NCBI GenBank assembly: GCA_963843375.1
Contig: CAWJKT010000004.1
Span: forward strand, 128,001-192,000
Length of the DNA stretch: 64,000 nucleotides
Source of the DNA: an uncultured Pseudomonadota bacterium
GTDB lineage: Bacteria; Oederibacteriota; Muellerivitia; Muellerivitales; Muellerivitaceae
Direction: 5' to 3'
Shown here: positions 10,605 to 20,091 of the stretch, piece by piece
How positions within the stretch are numbered: position 1 is the stretch's first letter
How the letters are laid out: each line of letters opens with the position of its first letter
The notes under the pieces: model-generated
Told to the model about the DNA's origin: nothing
The model's database searches: none
What the model saw: only the letters and a program-made list of their open reading frames with translations
Made by a program: the position numbers and the translations under genes

Positions 10605-11135
10605 TTGAACCAAAATGGGACGCCATTCGATTTTAAATTATTCTTTGCCCAAATAGTTCACTTACTCTTTTCCAATCTTTGGTCCTGGTGGGCGGCAGGC
10701 ATTGGAATCGGCCTGACAGCCTTGGGGTTGGCTTGGTTTACCGGAAAGCGTTTGGGCGTAACCGGAGGGTTTGTGGAAGCCACTTCCTTCCAAGATTCTT
10801 CGGCAAAATCTAACGGCTTCCCTTGGAAGCTATGGTTCATCATTGGAATTGTTTTTGGGGGGGCCCTTGCCAATTTAGGGCATTGGAGTTGGACTTGGCT
10901 TTATGGTCGCTTGGATGCGCTTACCTATGGAAGTCTTTTCTTCAAAATTATCTGGCTGCTGGTGGGGGGATTTCTGGTGGGACTTGGCGCCCGTTGGGCG
11001 GGAGGTTGTGTGAGCGGAAACAGCATCATGGGAATATCCACCGGCAATAAGATGTCCATACTGGTGACCGTCGGTTTTTTAGCGGCAGGCATTTTGGTGA
11101 CCAACCTTGTTTATTCATTGTTCAGGGTGATGTAA
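10605..11135 (+). CDS. YeeE/YedE family sulfur-compound transporter, first half-subunit
   Basis: LGVTGG and GGFLVGLGARWAGGCVSG motifs; hydrophobic; TTG start after AAGGAGG. Confidence 0.85.
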   Translation: MNQNGTPFDFKLFFAQIVHLLFSNLWSWWAAGIGIGLTALGLAWFTGKRLGVTGGFVEATSFQDSSAKSNGFPWKLWFIIGIVFGGALANLGHWSWTWLYGRLDALTYGSLFFKIIWLLVGGFLVGLGARWAGGCVSGNSIMGISTGNKMSILVTVGFLAAGILVTNLVYSLFRVM

Positions 11136-11702
11136 ATGGCCCTGAAAAAAAAACCGATAACGATACGGAAAACAGTTAGGAATTCGCCCATGAATCAAAA
11201 GATTTCCCCGAGTCAACCCGTGAATAAAAAGAATGGGATTTTTCCCTATCTGGGTTTCGGAGTTCTTTTCGGCTATTTTCTTTCCAAGGCCGGAGCTACG
11301 GATTATGACACCGTGATTAATATGTTCCGACCGACTGATGTACATATCGACAGGGTACCCAAAGGATTCGCCTTTCACCTGGACTCCTTACGTCTTTACG
11401 GTGTTATCGGCGTGGCGATCGCGGTGATCGCATTGGGTCTTTTTCTTTTGGAAAATAGTCAGAAGCCCACCTTGTCCGGAAAAAAGCTGGATTGGGAGCC
11501 TTTGAAATGGGATCCGGATCGACTCATTGGCGCTTTTATATTCGGCGCAGGATGGGCTTTGACGGGGACTTGTCCGGGAACTTCGTTGGCCCAAATCGGC
11601 GAAGGGAAACTGGTGGCGATTTTTACCGTCATCGGGATCGCGGCCGGAGTTTGGGTTTACCCGAAAATTAAAACCACTTCCTCCAAAGAAACGGTTTGTT
11701 AA
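11136..11702 (+). CDS. YeeE/YedE family transporter, second half-subunit
   Basis: GVLFGYFL and GAFIFGAGWALTGTCPG motifs; abuts the previous gene. Confidence 0.85.
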   Translation: MALKKKPITIRKTVRNSPMNQKISPSQPVNKKNGIFPYLGFGVLFGYFLSKAGATDYDTVINMFRPTDVHIDRVPKGFAFHLDSLRLYGVIGVAIAVIALGLFLLENSQKPTLSGKKLDWEPLKWDPDRLIGAFIFGAGWALTGTCPGTSLAQIGEGKLVAIFTVIGIAAGVWVYPKIKTTSSKETVC

Positions 11703-12484
11703 AACTTTCGGGGCTGCTTTTTTTCCTTACGCTTGGAATATTATTCACCCCGGCTGTTTCCCAAGCGGATGAGGCCTGGCAATCCCCCGATTCCGATACC
11801 TCCCTGGGGCATTTCGCCTCGAAATTTTTTGCCGATATACCCCATCTTTTTATTCCGGACAACGCCGTTCCTTTCTTCGCTGGAAGCTTATTAACCGCTT
11901 CCGATTGGGTTTTTTTTGACCGGCAAGATGATTTGGAGCCCAGTTTAAAAAGTTTGAATATCCAACCGGTATTTGATTTCGGGAATTTTTATGGGGGGGG
12001 ATGGTTGGAAGAGGGAGCCGCTTTGGGAAGTTGGTCCCTGGGTGCTCTTACCCAGAACCTTCAGTTTCAAGAATTCGGTCGGGACGCCTGCGAAACGTTG
12101 GCCGCATCCTTTATTGTTTTGGAAAGCCTGAAAATAGCAGTTAATCGGACCCGCCCGGATGGAAACCCTGATTCTTTTCCTTCGGGCCATTCCATCACGG
12201 CTTTTTGCTTGGCGCCCGTGGTAAACAGATATTTTGGCTGGCAGGTGGGTGTACCCGCCTATATTTTGGCTACGGTAACGGGTTTTGCCCGGGTGGAGGG
12301 CGGTTATCATTACCTGTCCGACGTCATTGCCGGAGCTACTCTGGGGATCGTCATCGGCAACGCGGTGGTTTACGCGCCTAAGGATGTTTCGGTTTCAGCG
12401 GGAATCGGACAAATGAACTTGAAAGTCTGGCTTTTAACTAACCTTTTCCAAGCGGTCCAGCTCCTTTTCGACTTCTTCCATTAG
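11696..12484 (+). CDS. PAP2 family phosphatase (3' end probably extended by a frameshift)
   Basis: KIAVNRTRP, SFPSGH, ARVEGGYHYLSDV; another frame ends at ...LAFN* near 12440. Confidence 0.85.
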   Translation: MLKLSGLLFFLTLGILFTPAVSQADEAWQSPDSDTSLGHFASKFFADIPHLFIPDNAVPFFAGSLLTASDWVFFDRQDDLEPSLKSLNIQPVFDFGNFYGGGWLEEGAALGSWSLGALTQNLQFQEFGRDACETLAASFIVLESLKIAVNRTRPDGNPDSFPSGHSITAFCLAPVVNRYFGWQVGVPAYILATVTGFARVEGGYHYLSDVIAGATLGIVIGNAVVYAPKDVSVSAGIGQMNLKVWLLTNLFQAVQLLFDFFH

Positions 12485-14171
12485 GGGTTCGATCATTTTT
12501 AGGCTGAAATCAAACCGGATGCCCGCGGATTTAAAAATCTCCGGTAAGGGTTGGCTTCCCCCGACGGATAGCCCTTGTTTGTAAAGGCGAACACCCTCGG
12601 CCTTATCTTTCCTAAAATTCTTCCATACTTGAAGAGCCCTAAGTTGGGCGATTCCATATTCGATGTAATAAAAGGGATACTCAAATATATGAAGCTGGCG
12701 GTGCCAAAGATAGGCTTGTACTTCCTCCAAACCATTCCAATCCTCAATACCTCCCAAGCGATGGCGTAAATTCAGCCAATAATCAGACCTTTCTTTTCGG
12801 CTATGGTCGGGATGGGTATAAATCCAATGTTGGAAGGCATCCACGGTGGCGATCCAAGGGAAGTAGGGTAATCACATCTTCCAGGTGGCGGATGGTGGAG
12901 CGGGCCGCTTCCGGGGATTGCATAAAACTCATCCAGGTAAGGATCCGCCATCAATTCCATGCTCATGGAAGCCACCTCACAGAATTCCATGGGTGCGTGG
13001 CGGTAAGGGGAAAAGGAAATATTCCTCCAGGCGAAACTATGCATGGCATGGCCACTCTCATGAAGCAAGGTGCGAACATCGTGATCGAGTCCCACCGAAT
13101 TGGCAAAAATAAAGGGGATTCGGGCCTCTTCCAAATCCACTTGGTAACCTCCAGGGGCTTTTCCTTTGCGGGATTCCAAGTCCAGCAGGCTTAATTCCTT
13201 CATCCGTTTAAAGTTATCCGCCAAAGTCGGGATCAATTTTCGATAATATTTGTTCACATCCATCGACTAGTTTTTCAGTATTTTCAAAAGGTTTTAAGGG
13301 GGCTAATCCAGCCGGATCGACCAAGAGGTCCCATGGCCGTAAAGCGGGTAATCCCATTTTCTTTTTCCGCTTTTCCTGGATTTTGACGACCAAGGGCCGG
13401 ATGGCTTTTTCGGCGCTTTCATGAAAAGCTTCACAATCTTTTGGACCGTAATCAAAACGTTCCTTGCGTCGAAAAATATAATTCCGGTAATCGGGAAACC
13501 CGCGTTTTTGGCGGCTTGGGCACGAATTTTAAGCATCTTGTCGAAGAGTTCTTCAAGGGAATTTTTTTCTTTCAAACGGCGTTCCGCTATCAACTTCCAG
13601 GCTTCTTCCCGTTGAGCCCGGTTGGTGGATTCCAAATAGCGCCCCATTTGTTGAAGGGTTTGCTCTTTGCCCTCGTATTTCACGGTTAAAGCGCCATTTC
13701 GTTTCTGGTATTCCTGGGATAGTTTTTCTAATTCCGTTTCCAACGGGATGTTTTCCTCCCGGTACAAATTTAAATCATTTCCAATAGAGCGGTTGTAAAG
13801 AAAGTAATCTTTCTCCGGAAGTGAAGGGACGGTAAGGGCATTCCCAGTATTTTTTGGAAAGGGCGAAGAATTTGGGTTTGCTTGGCTCCGAGATTTTTTC
13901 AAGGAAATCCAGATAGCTTTTCTCGATATCCGGATCGTCGGTTTTACAGGTCATGCGAACATAGCGGACCGAACCCTCCTCATTCAGGCAATCCTGGAAT
14001 TCTCCTAGGTCCTTCAACCATTTTTCCAAATCTGCGGGATGATAAAAGATTCCGGTTTTGAAGATCCTCAAAAATTTTTTCGACCGTTTCCCAATTTCCA
14101 AGATGGGCTTCCGGCGGAACAAACCGGCGGGGATAGGGATGAGGAAGCGTTTTGGCATTCAAGAGGGTCAT
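12434..14171 (-). pseudogene. pepF: M3 family oligoendopeptidase F split by about six frameshifts (probably sequencing indels)
   Basis: Consecutive fragments give RRFVP, LRPWD, GKAPGGY, LLHESGH (HExxH), EVASMSME, HIFEYPFYYIEY; shifts near 14040, 13830, 13497, 13230, 12915 and 12858. Confidence 0.88.
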
Positions 14172-14268
14172 TTCATTTTCCTTTAAGTTATTTGGGAGCG
14201 GGGCACTTTATCAAAAGCTCGTGGGGAAAAAAAGCTGTATGATAAAACCATTATCGGAGGATGATTCC

Positions 14269-14739
14269 ATGCGTTGGGTAACGGTTTTATATATTTTGGC
14301 GTCACTGGTCGGTTGCAATCTTAAGCGACCGGGGCCTTTCCAAGCTCCAAGTCGCGGAAGATCTGGTGTTGGGCATTAATTTGGAAGACATCAAACAGCA
14401 ATGGTTTCTCTATTCCACCAAGGAACTCGTGGTAGACCAATCCATGAGTACCGACTCCGATATCGTCTATCGTGGCGTCAGTCGGGATCCTGCGGTTACG
14501 AGTTTTTATTTTTTTTTCAATTCCAAACAAAGATTCTCCATCAAGTTGAATGGCGGTACCAATCCAGCATGACCGAAGCGAAGGAAAAGGAACTTTTAGA
14601 CTATTGGACCCAAAAACTTTGGAGTCCCTCTTGTCACCAGCGGTGGGATGGCAAGGTTTACGTTTGGGATGATCGAAAAGCCCAATTACAACTTTACTTG
14701 GCGGATGGTATTTGCCATTTGATCCAAAAGTTAAATTGA
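14269..14739 (+). CDS. Hypothetical lipoprotein split by two frameshifts
   Basis: GGAGG RBS; lipobox MRWVTVLYILASLVGC; continues through ORFs 14366-14572 and 14401-14739. Confidence 0.55.
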
Positions 14740-14762
14740 ATTCTTTTTAGCTTCCACCTTAT

Positions 14763-14791
14763 TCGACATTTGAGAAAGGGATCGTTATAAT
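14763..14791 (+). promoter_or_regulatory. Sigma70 promoter, probably giving a leaderless transcript
   Basis: TCGACA-17 bp-TATAAT ending 6 nt before ATG 14798; no SD. Confidence 0.6.
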
Positions 14792-14797
14792 CGGCCC

Positions 14798-15831
14798 ATG
14801 ACGATTTACTCTTATTCCCGAATTAATACCTACTTTACTTGCCCCGCCCAATTCCAATTCCGATATATCGAAAAAAGACCCTCGCCCGTGGCGGAAGGGA
14901 TCGAGCTTTTCCTCGGCTCCCGTTTCCATGAGACCATGGAATTTCTTTACCACCAAGTCCCTCAACGAATCCCCACCGTCAATGAGATGGTTGATTACTT
15001 CAAGAACCATTGGGAAAAACATTGGCAACAGTCACTTCAAAAGCAAAGAGACAAAAATTTCAAAGAAACTCTCAGAATTGTTAATGAAGGCCAATCTGCG
15101 GAGGATTATTTCCAAAAAGGGCTGCTTTTCGTCGAAAACTATTACCACCAATACCACCCCTTTGACCAAGACAAGACCGAAGGAATTGAGATCAGGGTCG
15201 CCTTTGACTTGGATTCAAAAGGCCAATATAAGATGCAAGGCTTTATTGACCGATTGGGAAGGGATGACGAAGGAACTCTTTGGATCCACGACTATAAAAC
15301 CAGCTCCCGCAAGATGTCGGAAGAAGACGTCAAGACCGAAGATCAACTGGCCCTTTACCAGATAGGGTTAATTCAGAACCCCAATATGGCGCCAAGGAAA
15401 AGATCAAACTTATTTGGCATTTCGTGGCGTTTGAAAAAGACCAAGTGGTGAGTGAACGTAACCCCAAAGAGATCGGCTGGCTCTCGGAAAAATATATCTC
15501 TAAGATACAGACGATTGAAAAAGCTAAAACCTATCCAACCAAGCCAAGTGTTCTATGCTCCTGGTGTGAATACCTGTCCCTTTGCTTGGATGGCCAACAG
15601 GCGGTGGCCAATCGAAAAAAGAAGCAAGAAAACAAAGAAGTATTAAAGGGAACAACTCCCCCTTCATCGATCACCGAAACTCCAGTTAAGACTTCCTCCT
15701 TGGATGAGAAGACGAAAAACGATTTAATGCCTTTATCTAGTAATACAATTTCAGCCAATAATACGTTTAAATCTAGGGGAAGAAAAAATTCTCATTCAAT
15801 GGTATCTTCAGATCAGTTATCTCTATTTTAA
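14798..15831 (+). CDS. Stand-alone PD-(D/E)XK RecB/Cas4-like nuclease with a four-Cys Fe-S staple (one frameshift near 15385)
   Basis: YSYSRINTYFTCP, GSRFHE, GFIDRL, IHDYKT, QLALY; CSWCEYLSLC in the downstream frame. Confidence 0.85.
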
Positions 15832-15846
15832 ATTTCCTAGCAAATT

Positions 15847-15875
15847 AATAAGCCAAAATAAAAAATAAGCCAAAA
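15847..15875. repeat. 12-bp direct repeat AATAAGCCAAAA, two copies, 17-bp period, in an AT-rich intergenic region
   Basis: Copies at 15847-15858 and 15864-15875. Confidence 0.55.
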
Positions 15876-16010
15876 AAACAACACTTTTTCCTAATATCTT
15901 TAAAAACCATATATAAATAAGTTTGAAAAACGGTATTTAAATGCACCCATAAAATATACTAAGAACCATTAGGTAAACGGTTTTCTTAAAATTGCAACAA
16001 AAGAGTCAAG

Positions 16011-17429
16011 ATGACGATTTCAGCCGGCAAAAATACTTTTATCACTTGCCGAAATAGCCAAGGAACTGAATTTCGGGCAACTCTCCTTCGCCTGACGCGA
16101 TACGCAGTGGTTTTTGAAGTCTATAATCCTTACAGCATCCTTCAATTATCAGAGGTTTTAACTGATTTTAAGATGATAATGAACGATCGGATCGTTTATT
16201 CCGGTCGGGCAGTCGTCAGCAACCTTTTGAATACCGGAATCCTTCTAGTTTGCGAAGCCACATTGGAAGATTCCTGGTTGGATATTGATGTTTTCTCTTC
16301 AACCCAGAAGGGGGACTGGTGGGAGGCGGAGTTCGCCGAATTTCTCAAAGAATGGGAGAAGGTTCGGCAGGTCCAGCCGGAATTCAAAGTGATCGTAGCC
16401 GACATTCAAACAATGTTAATGGACCTTCGACGCTGGCTGGAACAAGTGGAATTAAGTATTCGTGCAGAGCCGGGAAAGGACCGGCTGAAAATGGAGGTTG
16501 ATATTCTCGAGAATCTCAGGAAACCCGTAATTCCCACGGTGGCTTCCATTTTCCAGCAATTTGAAGAAGCGGCCTGTCAAATTGAAGAAGACCTGCAACC
16601 GGTACATCGTTCTTACGTTAAGCGACAGATCCATTGGTTGATTCTCTGCTCGCCTTTTATTTACCGGACTTTTCAAAAACCCATGGGTTATGCGGGAGAT
16701 TACGAAACGGTGGATATGATTTTCCGACCACCCCATGAGGGTGGGTCGCTTTTCGCCAAAGTATTGAATCTATATATTTTGAGCCGTGCACCAGCGGAAG
16801 CCCACCGAAACCGGGTGAAGTACATGACGGAACTTTTAATCCGGGAGACCCGAAGGGTTGTTCTTCAGGGACGAAAAGCCATCGTCTTGAATTTAGGATG
16901 CGGTCCGGCTCGCGAAGTCCAAGATTTCCTGAAAGAGGACGAATTATGCGAGAAAGCCCACCTAATTTTAGTTGATTTCAATGAAGAAACCCTGTTACAT
17001 GCCGGAAATAACCTAGAAAAAGCCAAAAAAGAAAATAACCGAAAAACTGAAATTGATTTGGTTAAAAAGTCGGTGCACCAAGTTTTAAAAGAATCGATAA
17101 AAGGTTTTGGATCAAATCCCGATGGAAAATTCGATCTCATTTATTGTGCCGGACTTTTTGACTATCTTTCCGATCGAATTTGTAAAAGGCTTATGAATAT
17201 TTTCTATCAGTCCCTCGCGCCGGGTGGGTTTGTTGTGGCTACTAATGTTGACCCTTCTAATCCCATACGATATTTGATGGATTACGTTTTGGAATGGCAC
17301 TTGGTTTATCGAAACGCTGCCCAATTAAAACTTTTGGCTCCGGATGACGCCCCTGCGGATGCTGTTTTTGTAAAATCAGAGGTCACGGGAGTTAATCTTT
17401 TCCTGGAAGTAAGGAAGCCCACCTCATGA
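16011..17429 (+). CDS. Class I SAM methyltransferase, PhcB-like (candidate fatty-acid methyl ester signal synthase)
   Basis: KPMGYAGDY, AEAHRNR, LNLGCGPAREV, FDLIYCAGLFDYL, LEWHLVYR; first gene of a kinase/regulator operon. Confidence 0.7.
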   Translation: MTISAGKNTFITCRNSQGTEFRATLLRLTRYAVVFEVYNPYSILQLSEVLTDFKMIMNDRIVYSGRAVVSNLLNTGILLVCEATLEDSWLDIDVFSSTQKGDWWEAEFAEFLKEWEKVRQVQPEFKVIVADIQTMLMDLRRWLEQVELSIRAEPGKDRLKMEVDILENLRKPVIPTVASIFQQFEEAACQIEEDLQPVHRSYVKRQIHWLILCSPFIYRTFQKPMGYAGDYETVDMIFRPPHEGGSLFAKVLNLYILSRAPAEAHRNRVKYMTELLIRETRRVVLQGRKAIVLNLGCGPAREVQDFLKEDELCEKAHLILVDFNEETLLHAGNNLEKAKKENNRKTEIDLVKKSVHQVLKESIKGFGSNPDGKFDLIYCAGLFDYLSDRICKRLMNIFYQSLAPGGFVVATNVDPSNPIRYLMDYVLEWHLVYRNAAQLKLLAPDDAPADAVFVKSEVTGVNLFLEVRKPTS

Positions 17430-20056
17430 AATTTTCAGAATTTTCAGCCCCGTTACGAATCGCATTTATTGAAGAAGAACGACGGGTCCGAATTGCCAAT
17501 TCCAAGGGAGGCTGCTGGCTGGCCATCGTACTCATGCCGGCCGGTTACAGTTTGGATGCGGGTCTTTATCCTGAAAAGGCCCTTCTATTTCTTAAGTTAC
17601 GGCTATTGTGCGCTCTATTAGTCGGCGGTGTCTTGGTAGTCCTTTATACGAAAATAGGACGCCGTTTTTACAAAGTGTTGAGTCAGATCTGGTACATCCT
17701 TCCCCTAATGACCCTTTGTTGGATTATTTACGCCTCCAATGGTTATGCCTGCCCGCATTATTTGGGACTTTATATTGTCCTTTTGGCGGTGGGGTTGATG
17801 CTTCCTTGGACCTACCAGGAAAATATTTTTGCAGGCGCACTTGTCACGACCATGTATGTGGTCGCTTGTTGGCTTCACGGTCCCCATCCTCTTCCAGAAG
17901 AATTTAAATCCCATCTTTACTTCCTGATTCTTACCGACATTATCGTGATCACAGGCAGCTTCTTCCAGGAACGCATCCGTTTAAGTGAGTTTGTTTTAAG
18001 GTTCGAGTTAAATGAAAACAAACAAATGCTGGAAGAATCCAATCGAAAACTCGTAGAAGTCGACCAGATCAAAAACCAGTTTTTCGCCAATATTAGCCAT
18101 GAATTACGAACACCTCTCACCCTGCTCATCGCGCCCTTAGAAATGCTTCGAAGCGAAAAGGCGCATCTTCTAGATCAGGAAGCCCAAGATGTTTTAAAGA
18201 CCATGCAAGAAAATGCTATGAGGCTTCTCAAACTTATCAATGACCTATTGGATATCGTCAGGTTGGAGTCCGGCCGAGTGGAAGTCCGCAAGGAGCCTTT
18301 GAAAATCGAGGAATTCATTAGGGGAGTTGTTCTCTCGGTGCAAGGTGCCGCAAGGGACAAAAGGGTAATGCTTTCCGCCAATATCCAGGAAGGCTTGGGA
18401 ACAGTATTGGCCGACCGGGACATGTTAGAAAAAATTCTTTTAAATCTGATTTTCAACTCGGTGAAGTTTACGCCTTCCCGGGGAAAAGTTGAGATTTCGG
18501 CAATCGTGAAAGAGGGCTTTCTCTTCCTCAAAGTTTTGGATACCGGGATGGGCATTTCGGAACAAGACCTACCGCATATCTTCGATCGCTTCTGGCAGGC
18601 GGACGCTTCTGCCCAACGAAAATACCAAGGCACCGGAATCGGGCTGTCCCTGGTTAAGGAATTAACGGAAGTCCAAGGGGGCACGGTCGCCGCCGAAAGT
18701 CAATTTGGGAAAGGGACGACCATAACCGTAAGAATCCCAGTTGAAAAGACCAGCGAAGTTATCGGTCCAGATGCGCAATTACTTGAACAAAAGGATTCTA
18801 CTCTCATCCAATCCGAGGAGTGGCTTACAAAACTTTACCATCGGGCAGAACTTTTCCCGGCTATTACATCTTTGGCCTCAACCCTGCGTCCGGATGAATT
18901 TGGAAAAGGAAGAGGGCCGAAAGTTCTCATCGCTGACGACGAGCCGGACATGTTGAGATTTTTAAAAACCCAGATGGAAAAATATTATGAGGTCTTAGAG
19001 GCCGTGGATGGTAAACAGGCTGTGGAGAAAGCCCGTCAATTCCTGCCCGACCTGATCATTCTTGACATGATGATGCCGGAAATGGACGGTATCGAGGCTT
19101 GTAAGAAAATCAGGGATTTTAGTACCACTCAGGCGATTCCCATTATTCTTTTAACGGCTAGGGCCGACGATGCCACCAAGCTGGAAGCTTTGAATGCGGG
19201 GGCGAGCGATTTTTTGACAAAACCTTTTTCCAACACCGAATTGCATGTGCGAGTTAAAAATCTTGTGGAATCCTATCAATATCAAAGGGATTTGAGCCGA
19301 CAAAAAAGTGCACTAGAATCGACACTCGAACAATTAAAAGAAACGGAAGGACAATTGGTCCAAAACGAAAAGATGGCTTCCCTTGGGCGTCTTAGCGCCG
19401 GTATCATTCATGAGATTAATAATCCTTTGAATTATGCTCATTCGGCTCTTCATGTGTTGAGAATGAAAAAGGATATTTTGCCTCAGGAGGATAGAGAAAA
19501 ATATGCCGAGGTGGTGGCTGATATCGAAGAGGGCATTGGAAGGGTCGAGCGGATTGTCTCTGACTTGAGGACCTTTACCCATCCCAAATTCGGTGGAGCG
19601 GTGGATTCCGTTGAATTGGAAAAATTAATTTCGACAGCTTTGCGCTTTTTAAGCCACGAATTGAAAGATAAGGTTAGAGTGGATTTAAAAATTCCAAAAG
19701 AACAAATGGTCATGGCGGACCAGAACAAGCTCATTCAAATTTTTGTAAATCTTTTCCAAAATGCTGTGGACGCCCTAAAAGAAAAAGAATTCGACGGCGA
19801 AGAACCTCTTTTATCCATTCAAAGCCGATTGGAAGACGACAAAGTCCTGGTAAACGTCCGGGACAACGGAGCTGGGATCGCCCAGGAAAACCTGGACAAG
19901 ATTTTCGATCCATTTTTTACCACTAAGGACGTTGGTCAGGGTATGGGGCTGGGATTGAGCCTTTGTTATAGATTGATCAATGACCAGGGAGGAAGCATCA
20001 CGGTGAAAAGCGAGCAAGGTAAATTCACCGAGTTTCAATTTGGAAATACCGACTAA
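17426..20056 (+). CDS. Membrane hybrid histidine kinase, TM-HisKA-HATPase-REC-HisKA-HATPase (PhcS-like)
   Basis: N-terminal TM helices; SHELRTPL, NSVKF, DTGMGI, GTGIGL; REC ADDE...LDMMMP...KP; second kinase HEINNPL, DNGAGI, GMGLGL; true end probably FQLEIPTKK* at 20063. Confidence 0.9.
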   Translation: MKFSEFSAPLRIAFIEEERRVRIANSKGGCWLAIVLMPAGYSLDAGLYPEKALLFLKLRLLCALLVGGVLVVLYTKIGRRFYKVLSQIWYILPLMTLCWIIYASNGYACPHYLGLYIVLLAVGLMLPWTYQENIFAGALVTTMYVVACWLHGPHPLPEEFKSHLYFLILTDIIVITGSFFQERIRLSEFVLRFELNENKQMLEESNRKLVEVDQIKNQFFANISHELRTPLTLLIAPLEMLRSEKAHLLDQEAQDVLKTMQENAMRLLKLINDLLDIVRLESGRVEVRKEPLKIEEFIRGVVLSVQGAARDKRVMLSANIQEGLGTVLADRDMLEKILLNLIFNSVKFTPSRGKVEISAIVKEGFLFLKVLDTGMGISEQDLPHIFDRFWQADASAQRKYQGTGIGLSLVKELTEVQGGTVAAESQFGKGTTITVRIPVEKTSEVIGPDAQLLEQKDSTLIQSEEWLTKLYHRAELFPAITSLASTLRPDEFGKGRGPKVLIADDEPDMLRFLKTQMEKYYEVLEAVDGKQAVEKARQFLPDLIILDMMMPEMDGIEACKKIRDFSTTQAIPIILLTARADDATKLEALNAGASDFLTKPFSNTELHVRVKNLVESYQYQRDLSRQKSALESTLEQLKETEGQLVQNEKMASLGRLSAGIIHEINNPLNYAHSALHVLRMKKDILPQEDREKYAEVVADIEEGIGRVERIVSDLRTFTHPKFGGAVDSVELEKLISTALRFLSHELKDKVRVDLKIPKEQMVMADQNKLIQIFVNLFQNAVDALKEKEFDGEEPLLSIQSRLEDDKVLVNVRDNGAGIAQENLDKIFDPFFTTKDVGQGMGLGLSLCYRLINDQGGSITVKSEQGKFTEFQFGNTD

Positions 20057-20091
20057 AAAATAGAAGGCGAGAAACTTAAGGAGACAAGTTT

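Noticed and set aside
12434..14171. Programmed frameshifting or phase variation in pepF
   Set aside because: Too many shifts, neighbouring genes are also affected, and no consistent slippery motif is present
14798..15831. Cas4 as evidence of a CRISPR-Cas locus
   Set aside because: No cas1/cas2, effector genes or array in the window
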